From Phoronis australis (taxonomy: Eukaryota; Animalia; Phoronida): 64,000 bases of DNA. The stretch covers positions 318,995-382,994 of the forward strand of contig NMRA01000199.1 in NCBI GenBank assembly GCA_002633005.1. Reading direction: 5' to 3'. The translations under genes and the position numbers were made by a program. The notes beneath the pieces were generated by a model that was not told where the DNA came from, did not search any database, and saw only the letters and a program-made list of their open reading frames with translations. Below are positions 62,377-64,000 of the stretch, one piece after another (position 1 is the first letter of the stretch; each line of letters opens with the position of its first letter).

Positions 62377-63670
62377 TTAATTCATTTTGGGTATCTTTGA
62401 CAAGGTCAAGGTGTAATCACTGTTAGGCTCGGTCGTGGCGGAGCTCAGATTTCTCTTCGTGGCGGACCTCAAGTTTCTCTTCGTGGCGGACCTCAAGTTT
62501 CTCTCCGTGGCGGACTTCAAGTTTCTCTTCGTGGCGGACCTCAAGTTTCTCTTCGTGGCGGACCTCAGGTTTCTCTTCGCGGGTTCAATACCAGCAGTCG
62601 AGCCGTAGTTGGAGATTGAAACGCCAGATTCGCTGCACGTGCCACGGGCTTTATCTTCTATGGCCTCGTTAATAATAAGTGTCTCCAAAGTGTCGCCAGA
62701 TGTTTCACCGCTATCTTCCAATTGTTGTTTGAAGGCGTTGGACTCCATTTTCTCCTTCGATGGACCTATGCAAGATTCATATGTGGATTCCTTGTTGGTA
62801 TTTTCAGCTTCTGGTTCTGCGCATATATCGTCATGATTTCCTGTTGGTATTTCGCCGTTCACACTTGTGACGAATGTTGCCGCAGCGATGTCGCTACTTC
62901 CGTCTCCGCCTGTTGCATCGTTAGTATCGTCAGGTTCTATTTCCTTGAAGACCTCACTTGTGGGCGGAAATGATTTTCCCCTGTTTATTTGCCAAATTTC
63001 CCACTTGTGCAAGTCGGCATTGACGTTGCACGTTGTACAGCTCGGCGTTTTTCTTTTACCACCCCACGTTGAGCTTCCCTTCCCTATCGTGTCAATATCC
63101 CTCAGAAATGCGCCGTTTTCCTGAGCCTCTTTTAGGTCAACTTCTTCTGTGTAGAAACCTCTATCCATACCCCGGTTCTTGTCTTAACTATTTTTGCTTG
63201 AACATCCACCCATATGAACTTATTGTCTGTGATATCAAGTTGAATGAGATTATCTCTACAGAAGTTGTCGCTGTCTGTTCCAGAATGTGTCATAACTAAG
63301 GTTACGTAATGTGGTCTGGGTCTTGAGTAGTTGCGAATGAAACGTGGCTCGGTGCAGAAAAAATCCGCAAAGTAAAGGTTGCATGATTTTTTTAAGAAAA
63401 ACTTCACAGGGATGTTTATTTGCTTTTTTCCAAATGGGGAACTTTCTGTCAAGTTTGCGCCATACTTGTTGTTGGCATAAAAGTACACCCCAGCAAGTTT
63501 ACCATCGTTAATAGGACAGTCTGGGTCACCTCCACAATCTTTATATTTTAATGGCAATTTAGCAACTTCAAAATATGAAGGGTTTTTTGCTCGATGGAAG
63601 TAGGTGCATTCCATAGTTTTGCCCACTTCTTTTTCTGCACGCTTCAGCAATTGTTCCAGGCGTGAATGTC
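62377..63670 (-). CDS. Terminal exon of a PHYHIP/PHYHIPL-like (phytanoyl-CoA hydroxylase-interacting protein C-terminal domain) gene, with an apparent 1-nt frameshift at 63155-63157 (sequence error or pseudogene)
   Basis: ORF 63132-63704 has KDCGGDPDCPIN.GKLAGVYF, SPFG, NLYFADFFC, HYVTLV and SDNFCRDNLIQLD..DNKF. Homology continues in ORF 62377-63168 (FYTEEVDL...KTPSCTTCNV). Acceptor tattacag at 63671-63678, phase 1; upstream exons not resolved. Confidence 0.82.
62434..62577 (-). repeat. 24-bp coding tandem repeat, 6 copies, encoding (KRNLRSAT)n
   Basis: Plus-strand unit CGTGGCGGACCTCAAGTTTCTCTT x6. Confidence 0.95.
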
Positions 63671-64000
63671 CTGTAATATAGATAGAAGTAAAAATTACAT
63701 ACATTTTTCCCTGAATATCTTTATTTTCTTCTATTACAGCGGTATAAAAGTGGCCATGGGGTAGATCACTTTGAGACCCCTCTCGAGTTCGAGCTCATTG
63801 TACTGAACCATAGGCGAACAATAATCAAGAAGGAGACAAACTTGGTGCTCGGAATGACCAGACAATTTTAAATTATTAACTTTTATTTTTTTTAACTTTA
63901 GGCCTCATTGTAAAAGCTGTATTTCTGGTGTTAAATTGTTGCCGAATGAGTGAAGCTCGCCATTTTCCGTTCTACTTCGTAAGTGTACGTAAGTATTGGA

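Noticed and set aside
63140-63165. Programmed -1 ribosomal frameshift in the PHYHIP-like gene
   Set aside because: No canonical slippery heptamer or obvious downstream stimulatory structure; an error or a null allele is simpler.

Overview
AT-rich, intron-rich animal (invertebrate-like) genomic DNA with no prokaryotic features. I reconstructed four protein-coding loci by hand from GT-AG junctions and reading-frame phase. (1) A complete 6-coding-exon PKDCC/VLK-like secreted tyrosine kinase (+, 2849-22042, 468 aa). (2) A copper chaperone for SOD1, CCS (-, 28644 to at least 37164, first exon unresolved). It lacks the Zn ligands and loop VII of vertebrate CCS. Its exon 4 appears twice across a single-N join, and the exon-4 splice donor has itself been amplified into a 41-bp minisatellite. 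(3) Head-to-head with CCS, a G2E3/PHF7-like PHD/RING protein without HECT (+, 42233 to ~54920, ~1190 aa). Its long disordered tail carries a 4x repeated 'LRSxSxxDDLIAFH' motif and PIP-box-like motifs. (4) The terminal exon of a PHYHIP/PHYHIPL-like gene (-, 62377-63670) with a 1-nt frameshift and a 6x KRNLRSAT repeat. Introns and intergenic DNA contain several MITEs (three with clean 5-bp TSDs), SINE-like and Helentron-like remnants, and minisatellites. Homology calls come from recalled motifs, not database searches.
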